From positions 17,671 to 74,066 of the forward strand of contig JAQWDY010000004.1 of the NCBI GenBank assembly GCA_028705215.1: a DNA stretch of 56,396 nucleotides. The letters run 5' to 3'. How positions within the stretch are numbered: the stretch's first letter is position 1; each line of letters opens with the position of its first letter. Source of the stretch: Patescibacteria group bacterium (GTDB lineage: Bacteria; Patescibacteriota; Patescibacteriia; Patescibacteriales; UBA12465). A program made the position numbers and the translations under genes. Below, in pieces: positions 1-9,088 of this stretch. The notes under the pieces were generated by a model, which had not been told where the DNA came from, searched no databases, and was given only the letters and a program-made list of their open reading frames with translations.

Positions 1-1
1 G

Positions 2-409
2 GATGAGAAGATAAGGAATATAGCGGTTGTAATTATAAAACACAATGATCGTATTTTAGTATCTCCAAATTATGACGAAGAAAAAGATTGGCATTTTTTT
101 CGCCTTTTGGGTGGAGGGATTGAATTTAGAGAAAGCGCTCAGGAAGCTTTAGAGCGCGAAATTAAAGAAGAGTTAGGCAGGGAGATTGTTAATATTTCTC
201 TTTTAGAGGTAAGTGAAAATATATTCCAGTATCAGAAAAGATTAGGGCATGAAATTTGCTTTATATTTAAAGCTGATTTTAAAGATAAGGCCGATTATAA
301 TATAGAAGAATTTCAAATTTTAGATCAGCCAAAGAGAAAGGCAATTTGGGTAAAGTTAAATGAAGAAAATCGTAAAAATATTACGCCTATAATAAAAAGT
401 AACTATTAA
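2..409 (+). CDS. NUDIX hydrolase, 5'-truncated by the window edge
   Basis: Nudix box GGGIEFRESAQEALEREIKEELG (GX5EX7REUXEEXGU). The ORF track starts at an internal TTG (107), but the frame is open back to nt 2. Confidence 0.8.
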   Translation, partial: DEKIRNIAVVIIKHNDRILVSPNYDEEKDWHFFRLLGGGIEFRESAQEALEREIKEELGREIVNISLLEVSENIFQYQKRLGHEICFIFKADFKDKADYNIEEFQILDQPKRKAIWVKLNEENRKNITPIIKSNY

Positions 410-413
410 TTAT

Positions 414-1568
414 ATGACAATATATTTAGATAACGCAGCGACAACACCGCTGGACCCTCGGGTTCTAAAGAAAATGCTTCCTTATTTTAGCGAAAAATTT
501 GCTAATCCCGCCTCTATCCACGCGCTTGGTCAAGATGCTTTTATCACGCTTGAAGGAGCGCGAGAGAAAGTTGCTAATATTTTAAATGCCCCGATAGATT
601 CTATAGTGTTTACTTCTGGAGCAACGGAAGCAAATAATCTCATTATCAAGGGTTTAGCAGAGGCAAACAAAAATGAAAATAAAAAACGGATAATTATTTC
701 GGCAATTGAGCATCCCTGTGTTCGAGAAGCAGCTAAAAGATTAACAACTTTAGGTTATACTATTGATTACCTGCCAGCTAATAAGCAGGGAATAGTGACC
801 CCTAAGGCCTTGGAAAATCTCATGAATGATGACGTTTTGTTGGTTTCTGTTATGATGGTAAATAATGAGATTGGTACTATTTCTGATATAAAGAAACTAG
901 CTAGCGTTGCTCATCGTTTTGGTGCCTATTTTCATAGCGACGCTGTTCAAGCAGTGCCATATTTAAATATCGACATTAAAGCTCTTAAGGTTGATTTTTT
1001 AACCCTATCAGCTCATAAATTTTATGGACCAAAAGGCGTAGGCTTAGCTTATATTAATCCTAAAATTAAAATAAACGCACTTATTCTAGGTGGTGGTCAA
1101 GAAAATAATATTCGTTCTGGCACCCATAATCTGCCTGGTATTATTGGTTTAAGTGAGGCTTTATATTTAGCTTACAAGGAAAGAGATAAATATTTAAAAA
1201 AGATTAGCAAGTTACAAATTTACTTCTGGGAAAAATTAAAAAAAGAAATTCCGGAGATATTACTTAATGGTAGTTGGGAAAAAAGAGTGCCTGCTAATTT
1301 AAATGTGCTTTTTCGCTATATTGAGGGAGAGGCGATTTTAATGGATTTGTCCCAAAAGGGAATTTGTGTTTCTACTGGTTCAGCTTGTTCAGCCTCAGAT
1401 TTAAGAGCCTCTTATGTGCTTAAGGAAATTGGACTTGATAAAAATTATCTAAATAGTAATATTCGTTTTTCTCTTGGTCGTTATACAACTAAAGCAGAAC
1501 TTGATTATACAGTTAAAGCATTAAAGGAGACGGTAAAAAGATTACGCGCTTTTTCGCCAATAACTTAA
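414..1568 (+). CDS. nifS: Cysteine desulfurase, NifS/IscS family (class V aminotransferase)
   Basis: 384 aa. N-terminal IYLDNAATTP, PLP-lysine motif SAHKFYGPKG and catalytic Cys loop STGSACSA. A NifU/IscU scaffold gene lies nearby. Confidence 0.9.
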   Translation: MTIYLDNAATTPLDPRVLKKMLPYFSEKFANPASIHALGQDAFITLEGAREKVANILNAPIDSIVFTSGATEANNLIIKGLAEANKNENKKRIIISAIEHPCVREAAKRLTTLGYTIDYLPANKQGIVTPKALENLMNDDVLLVSVMMVNNEIGTISDIKKLASVAHRFGAYFHSDAVQAVPYLNIDIKALKVDFLTLSAHKFYGPKGVGLAYINPKIKINALILGGGQENNIRSGTHNLPGIIGLSEALYLAYKERDKYLKKISKLQIYFWEKLKKEIPEILLNGSWEKRVPANLNVLFRYIEGEAILMDLSQKGICVSTGSACSASDLRASYVLKEIGLDKNYLNSNIRFSLGRYTTKAELDYTVKALKETVKRLRAFSPIT

Positions 1569-1570
1569 AA

Positions 1571-1597
1571 AGCCAATCTTTTTAAAAAAGATTGGCT
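1571..1597. terminator. Bidirectional hairpin terminator between convergent genes
   Basis: AGCCAATCTTTT / AAAAGATTGGCT, a 12-bp stem flanked by A/T runs. Confidence 0.7.
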
Positions 1598-1598
1598 A

Positions 1599-1937
1599 TT
1601 AATTTTGTTTGTTATTACCTTGGTCGTTTATTCGAACAAGTAGACCACAAAAAAAGAAAATAAGGGCAATTAGTATGCTCAGTGAAACTGTCTTAAAAAA
1701 ATCAACCTTATCAAAAGGATTAGCTTTTAAATAATAATTAATTATAAAGCCGATAAGCAGGGCTGTAATCGCTATAAACAATTTAAACCAACCTTGTTTT
1801 CTAAAGTTAATTATTAAAAATTCATAATAATATCCAGCCACTAACATCACCAGAATAATTGCTGAATAGCCACCAGAAACAACAAAGAGTAAAATAATAA
1901 CAACTTTAAATAAATAATAATTATTAATTTTTTGCAT
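1599..1937 (-). CDS. Small integral membrane protein, unknown function
   Basis: About 4 hydrophobic helices. The track ORF begins at a TTG (1988); the first ATG (MQKINNYY...) is at 1937. Confidence 0.5.
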   Translation of the reverse strand: MQKINNYYLFKVVIILLFVVSGGYSAIILVMLVAGYYYEFLIINFRKQGWFKLFIAITALLIGFIINYYLKANPFDKVDFFKTVSLSILIALIFFFCGLLVRINDQGNNKQN

Positions 1938-2058
1938 GTCATTTGATTTAAAAAGAACTAAGTTAAAGATTAAAAGGATTAATATCAAATGTCAAGAACT
2001 AGATTTTATTAATAATTTGTAGTATATTTATAAAATATAAAAAAATAAGCATTGAAAT

Positions 2059-2535
2059 ATGTCATTAAATTATACAAAAAAGACCTTAGAACATTTTTTA
2101 AGGCCAAAAAATATAGGAAAAATTGCGCATCCAGATGGTTACGCACAAATTGGCAATATGGTTTGTGGTGATCAATTAGATTTTTTCCTTAAAGTAAAAA
2201 ATGAGAAAATTATTGATGTAAAATTTCTCTCATTTGGTTGTGCTTCAAATATTGCGACTGCTTCGATTTTAACAGAACGTGTTAAAGGAATGACGATAGA
2301 ACAGGCTAAAAAATATGCCTGGCAGGAAATAGTTAATGATTTAGGTGGCCTGCCAAAGCAGAAAATTCATTGTTCAGTAATGGCGGTACAGGGTTTAAAA
2401 AAAGCAATTTTAGATTATGAAGAAAAACAGAAGGTGACATCTAGCGCAATAAGGTCAAAGAAGACTAAGGTTGTAAAGAAAAAGCCAAGCAGAACAAAAA
2501 AACAAGCACAAAAAAATAAAGTAAAACAAAGATAA
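2059..2535 (+). CDS. nifU: Fe-S cluster scaffold, NifU N-terminal/IscU-like, with a Lys-rich C-terminal tail
   Basis: The three scaffold cysteines sit in canonical contexts (MVCGD, FGCASNIATAS, KIHCSVMA). The last ~35 aa are K/R/Q-rich (SKKTKVVKKKPSRTKKQAQKNKVKQR). Confidence 0.85.
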   Translation: MSLNYTKKTLEHFLRPKNIGKIAHPDGYAQIGNMVCGDQLDFFLKVKNEKIIDVKFLSFGCASNIATASILTERVKGMTIEQAKKYAWQEIVNDLGGLPKQKIHCSVMAVQGLKKAILDYEEKQKVTSSAIRSKKTKVVKKKPSRTKKQAQKNKVKQR

Positions 2536-2540
2536 TAAAA

Positions 2541-2571
2541 AACGCCCAACAATTAAGTTGAGCGTTTTTTA
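2541..2571. terminator. Hairpin terminator between nifU (+) and the RRM gene (-)
   Basis: AACGCCCAAC...GTTGAGCGTT followed by TTTTTT. Confidence 0.7.
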
Positions 2572-2585
2572 TTAAAGTTTTAGCA

Positions 2586-2843
2586 CTAAAATCTTTTTTC
2601 CATAGGACGAGCCTCATTGACTACAACGCGACGTCCATCTAATTCTTGATTGTTGTACATTTCAATGGCTTTGTCTGCTTCCGCATCATCTTCCATTTCC
2701 ACGAAACCAAATCCTTTAGATCTCTGAGTCATTCTATCCTTGATAATGATAGCAGATAAAACTTTGCCGGCTTTTGAAAAAGCTTCATTTAAAGCTCCTT
2801 CATCGGTCTTGAAATTCAAGCCGCCGACGAATAATTTCTTCAT
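2586..2843 (-). CDS. RRM-type RNA-binding protein
   Basis: 85 aa. RNP-2 (KLFVGGL) and RNP-1 (KGFGFVEM) motifs. Confidence 0.9.
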   Translation of the reverse strand: MKKLFVGGLNFKTDEGALNEAFSKAGKVLSAIIIKDRMTQRSKGFGFVEMEDDAEADKAIEMYNNQELDGRRVVVNEARPMEKRF

Positions 2844-2949
2844 GTTTGTTTCTCTATTTTTTTTACTAATGTAAGACGACCTTTTTTTAGCAAAGAAAGG
2901 CCGAATCTCAGATACGCCCTTTCTTAAAAATTGCTTACCTACAACTATA

Positions 2950-2978
2950 AGTATAGATGTTTTTTATAATAAAGTCAA
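2950..2978 (-). promoter_or_regulatory. Promoter TTGACT-N17-TATACT for the RRM protein gene (~100-nt 5' UTR)
   Basis: -35 at 2973-2978 and -10 at 2950-2955, read on the minus strand. Confidence 0.6.
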
Positions 2979-2982
2979 GGAC

Positions 2983-3669
2983 CTAAGAAATACTTACTTT
3001 TACCCCCTTACTCATTGAAGAAGCAATAGTCACGCTTTTAATAAAGGTTCCTTTAGCTGAACTTGGCTTAAGGCGACGAACAGCGTCAATAAATACTTGA
3101 AAGTTTTCTACTAATTTTTCATCAGCAAAGCTAAGTTTTCCAATCACGGCGTGTAAGTTACCAGTATCATCATTTTTAAAGCTTACCTTGCCCTTTTTTA
3201 ACTCCGCTATCGCTTTAACAATATTTGGCGTAACAGTTTCGTTTTTAGGAGAAGGCATTAAGCCACGAGTACCTAATATTTTAGCAATTACTGCTAAATT
3301 TTTCATTAATGCTGGTTCAGCGATAGCAACCTGAAAATCAGTTTTTTCAGTTTTTTTAATTTCTGCAATCAATTCTTCACCACCAACAAAGTCAGCTCCA
3401 GCGTCTTTAGCCTCTTTTTCATTTTCAGGTGACACGAAGGCAGCTATTTTAATTGTTTTGCCAGTACCATGAGGTAGGTTAACAGCACTTCTTATCTGTT
3501 GATCGCTTTTTTTTGTGTTAATTCCTAAATTTGCATGCACTTCAACTGAACCATCAAATTTAGCGGTACTAATTTCTTTAACAATTTTAATTGCTTCACC
3601 TATAGTGTATTGTTTGTCTTTATCGTAAATAGCTGATAAATCCTTTTTAGTATTTTTTTTCTTTTCCAT
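2983..3669 (-). CDS. rplA: 50S ribosomal protein L1 (uL1)
   Basis: 228 aa with a typical uL1 sequence (LPHGTGKTIKIAAF, TRGLMPSPK). Located downstream of rplK. Confidence 0.95.
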   Translation of the reverse strand: MEKKKNTKKDLSAIYDKDKQYTIGEAIKIVKEISTAKFDGSVEVHANLGINTKKSDQQIRSAVNLPHGTGKTIKIAAFVSPENEKEAKDAGADFVGGEELIAEIKKTEKTDFQVAIAEPALMKNLAVIAKILGTRGLMPSPKNETVTPNIVKAIAELKKGKVSFKNDDTGNLHAVIGKLSFADEKLVENFQVFIDAVRRLKPSSAKGTFIKSVTIASSMSKGVKVSIS

Positions 3670-3723
3670 ATTATTTTGTGGTGCAGGCGTAAAAGTTAAT
3701 TACTCCCACATTATTTAAATTAG

Positions 3724-4146
3724 TTATTTAATTTCTATTCCCATTTGACGGGCCGTACCAGCAATTATTTTTTTAGCTGTCTCAATATCACGAGCACTTA
3801 GATCAGGCATTTTAATTTCAGCAATTTCTGCTAATTGTTTATCGGAAATTGAGCCAATTTTTTCAGTTAAAGGTTTTCCAGATCCTTTTTTAACTCCGGC
3901 TGCTTTTTTAATTAGTTCTGCGGCTGGTGGAGTTTTTAAAATAAAGCTATAACTTCTATCTTCATAAACAGTAATTTCAACCGGCACGATGCTACCCATT
4001 TTGTCCTTAGTTTTATCATTAAATTCCTTACAAAATTCTGCTATATTTAAACCATGTTGTCCTAAAGCGGGACCAACTGGTGGCGCCGGATTAGCTTGTC
4101 CGCCAGTAATTTGTAATTTTATTTTTGTTTTTATTTTTTTAGCCAT
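3724..4146 (-). CDS. rplK: 50S ribosomal protein L11 (uL11)
   Basis: 140 aa with the [11 protein letters not shown] motif. Synteny nusG-rplK-rplA. Confidence 0.97.
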   Translation of the reverse strand: MAKKIKTKIKLQITGGQANPAPPVGPALGQHGLNIAEFCKEFNDKTKDKMGSIVPVEITVYEDRSYSFILKTPPAAELIKKAAGVKKGSGKPLTEKIGSISDKQLAEIAEIKMPDLSARDIETAKKIIAGTARQMGIEIK

Positions 4147-4198
4147 ATAATTTATTTAGTAGACGTAGAAGCGCCGTCTGTTTTCGTTATTATTCTGA

Positions 4199-4744
4199 TT
4201 ATCCTTTTTTAATTTGTAGAAAGTCTAATTCAACTGGAGTCTCGCGACCAAAAAGGGAAACTGATACCTTAACTTTTCCCTTAGCTTCATCAATTGCAGT
4301 GACCCGACCCTCCATATTTTTAAAGGGCCCTTCGTTAATTTTAACTGGTGATCCAATTTCAACGTCAATTTGAAATTTAGGATCCTCAACTCCCATTCTT
4401 TTTTGCAAGGCCTTCACCTCAGTATCGCTAATTGGCGTTGGAATAGTGCCGCTACCAATAAAACCGGTTACATTAGGTGTATTGCGCACAATATACCATG
4501 ATTCATCAGTTACTATCATTTCTACCAAAATATAACCTGGAAAAATCTTTTCTTCACTAACTTTCCTTTTTCCGTTTTTAATTTTAATCTTCTTTTCAGT
4601 AGGGATTAAAACGTTAAAAATTTTATCCTCCATATCCAAGGACTCAACTCTTTGTTTTAAATTTTGCGCCACATTCTCTTCGTAGCCAGAATAAGTATGA
4701 ATAACGTACCAACGACGCCCTTGGTTTAATAGTTGTTTAGCCAT
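4199..4744 (-). CDS. nusG: Transcription termination/antitermination factor NusG
   Basis: 181 aa. NGN domain (WYVIHTYSGYE) plus KOW motif (GSPVKINEGPFKNMEGRV). Synteny with secE and rplK. Confidence 0.95.
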   Translation of the reverse strand: MAKQLLNQGRRWYVIHTYSGYEENVAQNLKQRVESLDMEDKIFNVLIPTEKKIKIKNGKRKVSEEKIFPGYILVEMIVTDESWYIVRNTPNVTGFIGSGTIPTPISDTEVKALQKRMGVEDPKFQIDVEIGSPVKINEGPFKNMEGRVTAIDEAKGKVKVSVSLFGRETPVELDFLQIKKG

Positions 4745-4780
4745 AAATTTATTTTAAAGCTATTTAAATTGTTTATTAAT

Positions 4781-4960
4781 TTAAATTATCAGTTTAAAGC
4801 CGAGATTAAAGGCAAAGTCAAGCAAACCTAAAAAAGCAGCCACAGATAGACTTAAAATAATTACTAAGGTGGTGTAGCGATAGGTCTCTTTTTTACTTGG
4901 CCAAGTTACCTTTTTCATTTCGGCAATTGACTCTTTGATGTATTTTATCAACTTGTTCAT
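4781..4960 (-). CDS. secE: Preprotein translocase subunit SecE (59 aa, absent from the ORF track)
   Basis: Hand translation gives MNKLIKYIKESIAEMKKVTWPSKKETYRYTTLVIILSLSVAAFLGLLDFAFNLGFKLII. It has the conserved E..KV.WPS..E motif followed by one TM helix, and sits in the canonical position upstream of nusG. Confidence 0.8.
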   Translation of the reverse strand: MNKLIKYIKESIAEMKKVTWPSKKETYRYTTLVIILSLSVAAFLGLLDFAFNLGFKLII

Positions 4961-5018
4961 ATTTGAGTAAAATAGGTAATTAAAAATGGCTGCAAGGCCA
5001 CTTATATATCACGTACTT

Positions 5019-5047
5019 ATAATACAAAATAGCGCAGTTTATGTCAA
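5019..5047 (-). promoter_or_regulatory. Promoter TTGACA-N17-TATTAT for secE-nusG-rplK-rplA
   Basis: -35 at 5042-5047 and -10 at 5019-5024 (minus strand). Confidence 0.6.
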
Positions 5048-5125
5048 GGATTATGCAAAAGTATGTAATTGAATAAAAAAAATATAAATATTTAATAATT
5101 TAAAGATACAAATTGTCTTAATTTA

Positions 5126-5154
5126 TTGCTTTTTTTGCTAAAAGCGGATAAAAT
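5126..5154 (+). promoter_or_regulatory. Promoter TTGCTT-N17-TAAAAT for the 5196-11444 operon
   Basis: -35 at 5126-5131 and -10 at 5149-5154. Divergent from the secE promoter. Confidence 0.5.
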
Positions 5155-5195
5155 AAAAACATTAAAGCTACTTAAGACACATTTATAGCTAATTT

Positions 5196-6923
5196 ATGGT
5201 AAGTCCTAATTTGATAAGAAAACAAAACAATATCGAACCCTTGGAATTTAATGATAATACCAAAAAACTATTTCAAATCATTTATTCTGAAGCAAATCGT
5301 AAAGAAGAGATGGGTGAAAATGAACCAAAAATTAAGGTCGGAGAGCTTATCTCACGTCTTTCTTTCTTTTATGAAAAAATTAGAAATGCCGTTGAATATG
5401 ACGAAGATCATCTTTTGCGTAAAAATGCTATTTCCCGTATTCTGCGTCGTCAAGTTATTATTGAGGGGGTAATAAAAGAAGTTGACAGCGAAAACCTAGC
5501 TCAACATTTATTAACTGAACTTATCCGGGGCGGTTATTTGCCTAATAATGCGATTTTGGAAAAAAAAATAACTGAGATTTCTGTTCTTCTTAATAAATAC
5601 CTTAATTTAAAAAATAAGGTAGTAGCCAATATTAATTCCGCCTTAAATGTGAAAGCCGATGTTAATGGGGCTAAAAAATTATTACAAAAGAAAAACAATG
5701 TAATTCGCTGGCTATTAAATTTAGCTGCTTGTGAAATTGAAGAAAATTTAGCTCCTAATCGTGTTAAAAAAATGATAGTAGGGAGCATGTTTGATGTTTT
5801 ACGACGTGACATTGCTCTACCTAGCAATTCACCACATAGCAAAGACTTGGAGATACAGATATATTTAAGTATCGGACGCAAATTCCTCAAGTTAGACGAG
5901 GATATGTTAAGTTTTGTTTTATTTAAATATTACAATGAAAATTGGTTAGATTTAGATAAAATTAGTGATCAAAATGAAAGAAATGAAGAAATTGAAAAGG
6001 TGGCACAGCGTATAGATGTTTTAAGTAATAAAATTCAGCAGCAATTAAATCATCCCCTTGCTCGTGATTTAGATAAAATTGTGCGCCGCTATGCACTTTA
6101 TTTCTCTATTTTAGCGGACGCTATTTCAGAAAATCCTACTCGTGCTTATAAATTATCTCAAGAAGGAGATAAGCCTTTCTCGCAACTTATTACCAAAACC
6201 TGTGAAAATAAATATAAAGATGCTAAAACCCGACTTTGGCGTGCTGGTTTAAGAAGTATTATTTATATATTTCTAACAAAATCAGTTTTTGTTTTTTTAA
6301 TAGAAGTTCCAGCGATTAAGTGGTTTGGTGAAAATCTGAACATTTTATCATTAGCTATTAATATTTCCTTTCCAGCGGTATTACTTTTATTCATCATTTT
6401 ATTTACAAAAAAACCGGGAAGCAATAATACTGAAAAAATTATTGCCGGAATCAAGCAGGTGGCATTGCTGGGCAGGGAAAATAAACAACCTATTTATATT
6501 AAACCAAAACGTAAACGTCGCTTTTTAACCAAATTTATTTTTAATCTCATCTATAGCGCTGCCTTTGTCTTTTCTCTCTACCTTATTATTAGCATTTTAA
6601 CTGCGATTAATTTTACTTGGGTGAGCATAATTGTATTTTTATTCTTTCTTGCCTTTGTCAGCTTTTTTAGTATTATTGTAACTCGGGGGGTCAGAGAATT
6701 AATGATAGTTGAGCGTCAAGAAAATATCCTTACCTTTTTAGTTGATTTGTTTTACATGCCTATTATTTTTGTTGGCCGCTGGTTGTCGGGCAATATGTCA
6801 CGTTTAAATGTCTTTATTTTCTTTTTTGATTTTATAATTGAGGCTCCTTTCAAAATTCTAGTTGATGTGGCTGAAGATTGGACACGCTATATCAGAGAAA
6901 GGCGCGATAACATGGAGTCTTAA
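5196..6923 (+). CDS. Large membrane protein of unknown function: ~350-aa soluble N-terminal region plus a C-terminal polytopic region
   Basis: 575-aa ORF with an ATG start and its own promoter. There are at least 4-5 hydrophobic helices after aa ~350. Its stop lies 1 nt before the rsmI start. Confidence 0.6.
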   Translation: MVSPNLIRKQNNIEPLEFNDNTKKLFQIIYSEANRKEEMGENEPKIKVGELISRLSFFYEKIRNAVEYDEDHLLRKNAISRILRRQVIIEGVIKEVDSENLAQHLLTELIRGGYLPNNAILEKKITEISVLLNKYLNLKNKVVANINSALNVKADVNGAKKLLQKKNNVIRWLLNLAACEIEENLAPNRVKKMIVGSMFDVLRRDIALPSNSPHSKDLEIQIYLSIGRKFLKLDEDMLSFVLFKYYNENWLDLDKISDQNERNEEIEKVAQRIDVLSNKIQQQLNHPLARDLDKIVRRYALYFSILADAISENPTRAYKLSQEGDKPFSQLITKTCENKYKDAKTRLWRAGLRSIIYIFLTKSVFVFLIEVPAIKWFGENLNILSLAINISFPAVLLLFIILFTKKPGSNNTEKIIAGIKQVALLGRENKQPIYIKPKRKRRFLTKFIFNLIYSAAFVFSLYLIISILTAINFTWVSIIVFLFFLAFVSFFSIIVTRGVRELMIVERQENILTFLVDLFYMPIIFVGRWLSGNMSRLNVFIFFFDFIIEAPFKILVDVAEDWTRYIRERRDNMES

Positions 6924-6924
6924 T

Positions 6925-7623
6925 ATGAGTGGACTACTAAGCGTTGTTGCCACGCCAATTGGTAACCGAGAGGATATTACTTTAAGAGCTTTACGTATTT
7001 TAAAAGAGGCAGATTTAATTTTATGTGAGGATACTCGTGTTGCTAAAAAATTACTTGACTATTATGAAATAAAAACACCATTGCTTTCCTATCATCAACA
7101 TTCTGATAATTTTAAAACTGAAAAGATTAAAGACTTATTAAAAGCGGGAAATAAGTTAGCCTTAATAAGTGATGCTGGTACTCCCGGCGTATCTGATCCG
7201 GGAAGTAAATTAATATCTCAGCTGCGAGAAGAGAATGCTCTAGATTTAAAAATGGAAATTATACCTGGTCCCTCGGCTTTAACCGCCGCCTTATCATTGG
7301 CGGGTATTGGTTTTGATCGTTTTACTTTTTTAGGATTTTTACCTCATAAAAAGGGAAGGCAAACACTAGTACAACAAATTGTTAACTCCGAAACATCTTT
7401 TGTTGTTTATGAATCAAAACATCGCATTCTTAAGTTGCTGCAGGAGTTAGGCCAGGCTAGCGCTTTAGCAAAAGTCAAAAAAGAATTAATAATTTTTCGA
7501 GAAATTAGCAAGCTTCATGAAAGCGTGTACCAAGGAGAAGCTGAGACATTGCTGACAGAGTTAAAAAAAGATGCTAATAATTTAAAAGGAGAATTTGTCG
7601 TTTTAATAAAGAAGAAAAAATAG
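6925..7623 (+). CDS. rsmI: 16S rRNA (cytidine1402-2'-O)-methyltransferase RsmI
   Basis: Tetrapyrrole-methylase-fold signature VATPIGNREDITLRALRILKEADLILCEDTR and SDAGTPGVSDPG. The start is moved to ATG 6925, which is preceded by GGAG; the track start at 6862 overlaps the upstream gene. Confidence 0.9.
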   Translation: MSGLLSVVATPIGNREDITLRALRILKEADLILCEDTRVAKKLLDYYEIKTPLLSYHQHSDNFKTEKIKDLLKAGNKLALISDAGTPGVSDPGSKLISQLREENALDLKMEIIPGPSALTAALSLAGIGFDRFTFLGFLPHKKGRQTLVQQIVNSETSFVVYESKHRILKLLQELGQASALAKVKKELIIFREISKLHESVYQGEAETLLTELKKDANNLKGEFVVLIKKKK

Positions 7624-7640
7624 ATAAAATTTATAAAATT

Positions 7641-9083
7641 ATGCTAGATCAAGAATACTTTTATATTACCACTACTTTGCCATATATAAACTCCGAGCCA
7701 CATATTGGTTTTGCTGCTGAAATTATCAAAGCTGATGTAATTGCGCGCTACCAAAGACAGCAAGGGAGAAAAGTATTTTTTAATACAGGCACCGATGAAC
7801 ACGGATTAAAAGTCTATCAAAAAGCCCAGGCAGAAGGCTTGTCAGTTGCTCAATATTGTGATAAATATTCAGCTAAATTTAGACCATTGAAGGAGAAGTT
7901 GAATCTTTCTTATGATAAGTTTATCAGAACAACTGATTCTTTTCATAAGGCGGCTGCTCAGGAATTTTGGCGACGTTGTCTAGCTAATGGTGATATTTAT
8001 AAAAAGACATATGAGGTTAAATACTGTGTTGGCTGTGAAATGGAAAAAACTGATTCTGAATTAAATAATGGTTTCTGTCCTCTTCATCCTGGGCAAAAAT
8101 TAGAAATAATTGCCGAGGAAAATTATTTCTTTCGATTTTCCAAATACCAAAAACAATTACTTAAGCTCTACGAGCAGAACGATTTTGTTATTCCTGCTTC
8201 TCGATTGAAAGAAATTAACACCTTTGTTGCAAACGGCTTAAAAGATTTCAGCATATCTCGCCAAAGGGATAAAATGCCACATGGTGTACCCGTTCCTGAT
8301 GATGATAGTCAGGTTATGTATGTTTGGTTTGATGCTCTTGTTAATTATATTTCCACCCTTGGTTGGCCTGAAGATGAGAGTAATTTTTTAAAGTATTGGC
8401 CAGCCATTCAGGTTTGCGGCAAGGACAATCTTCGTCCACAGGCCGCAATGTGGCAAGCGATGTTAATGTCGGCAGGGATTAAACCATCAAAAAATGTTTT
8501 AGTTTTTGGCTTCTTAACTAATAATGGTGAAAAAATTAGTAAAAGTTCGGGCAACACTGTTGACCCCTACATTTTAGTTGATGAATACGGAAGTGATGCT
8601 CTGCGTTATTACTTATTAGCAGAAATTCCAACTTTTACTGATGGTGATTATTCTGAAGATAAATTTATTGCTCGTTATAATGCTGATTTGGCTAATGGTT
8701 TAGGCAATTTAGTTGCTAGAGTGAGCAATCTTTTAGAAAAAAATGAAATTGAAACTAATTTAAAACCAGATCTTTCGATTGCGGACATAAAAGAAACGGT
8801 AGCACTTTTTAAAAAATCTATGGAAATTTACCACTTTAATGAAGCGCTACATATTATTTGGAAAAAAATTAGTGATCTAAACGAGAGTTTAAGCGCACAG
8901 GCGCCCTGGAAATTAAATGATAAAGCTGAAGTTGCTAATATTTTAATACCACTTGCGCAAAGCATTTTAAATCTTTCCTATTTATTAGAGCCTTTTATGC
9001 CACTTACATCTTTTAATATTCAATCTCAATTTCAAAATAAACAAATAAAAAAAGGGGAAGCCTTGTTTCCTCGTTTAAATTAA
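7641..9083 (+). CDS. metG: Methionyl-tRNA synthetase, short form without the C-terminal tRNA-binding domain
   Basis: 480 aa. HIGH-region PYINSEPHIGF, KMSKS-like KISKS and Zn knuckle CVGCEMEK...CPLH. Confidence 0.93.
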   Translation: MLDQEYFYITTTLPYINSEPHIGFAAEIIKADVIARYQRQQGRKVFFNTGTDEHGLKVYQKAQAEGLSVAQYCDKYSAKFRPLKEKLNLSYDKFIRTTDSFHKAAAQEFWRRCLANGDIYKKTYEVKYCVGCEMEKTDSELNNGFCPLHPGQKLEIIAEENYFFRFSKYQKQLLKLYEQNDFVIPASRLKEINTFVANGLKDFSISRQRDKMPHGVPVPDDDSQVMYVWFDALVNYISTLGWPEDESNFLKYWPAIQVCGKDNLRPQAAMWQAMLMSAGIKPSKNVLVFGFLTNNGEKISKSSGNTVDPYILVDEYGSDALRYYLLAEIPTFTDGDYSEDKFIARYNADLANGLGNLVARVSNLLEKNEIETNLKPDLSIADIKETVALFKKSMEIYHFNEALHIIWKKISDLNESLSAQAPWKLNDKAEVANILIPLAQSILNLSYLLEPFMPLTSFNIQSQFQNKQIKKGEALFPRLN

Positions 9084-9088
9084 AATTT

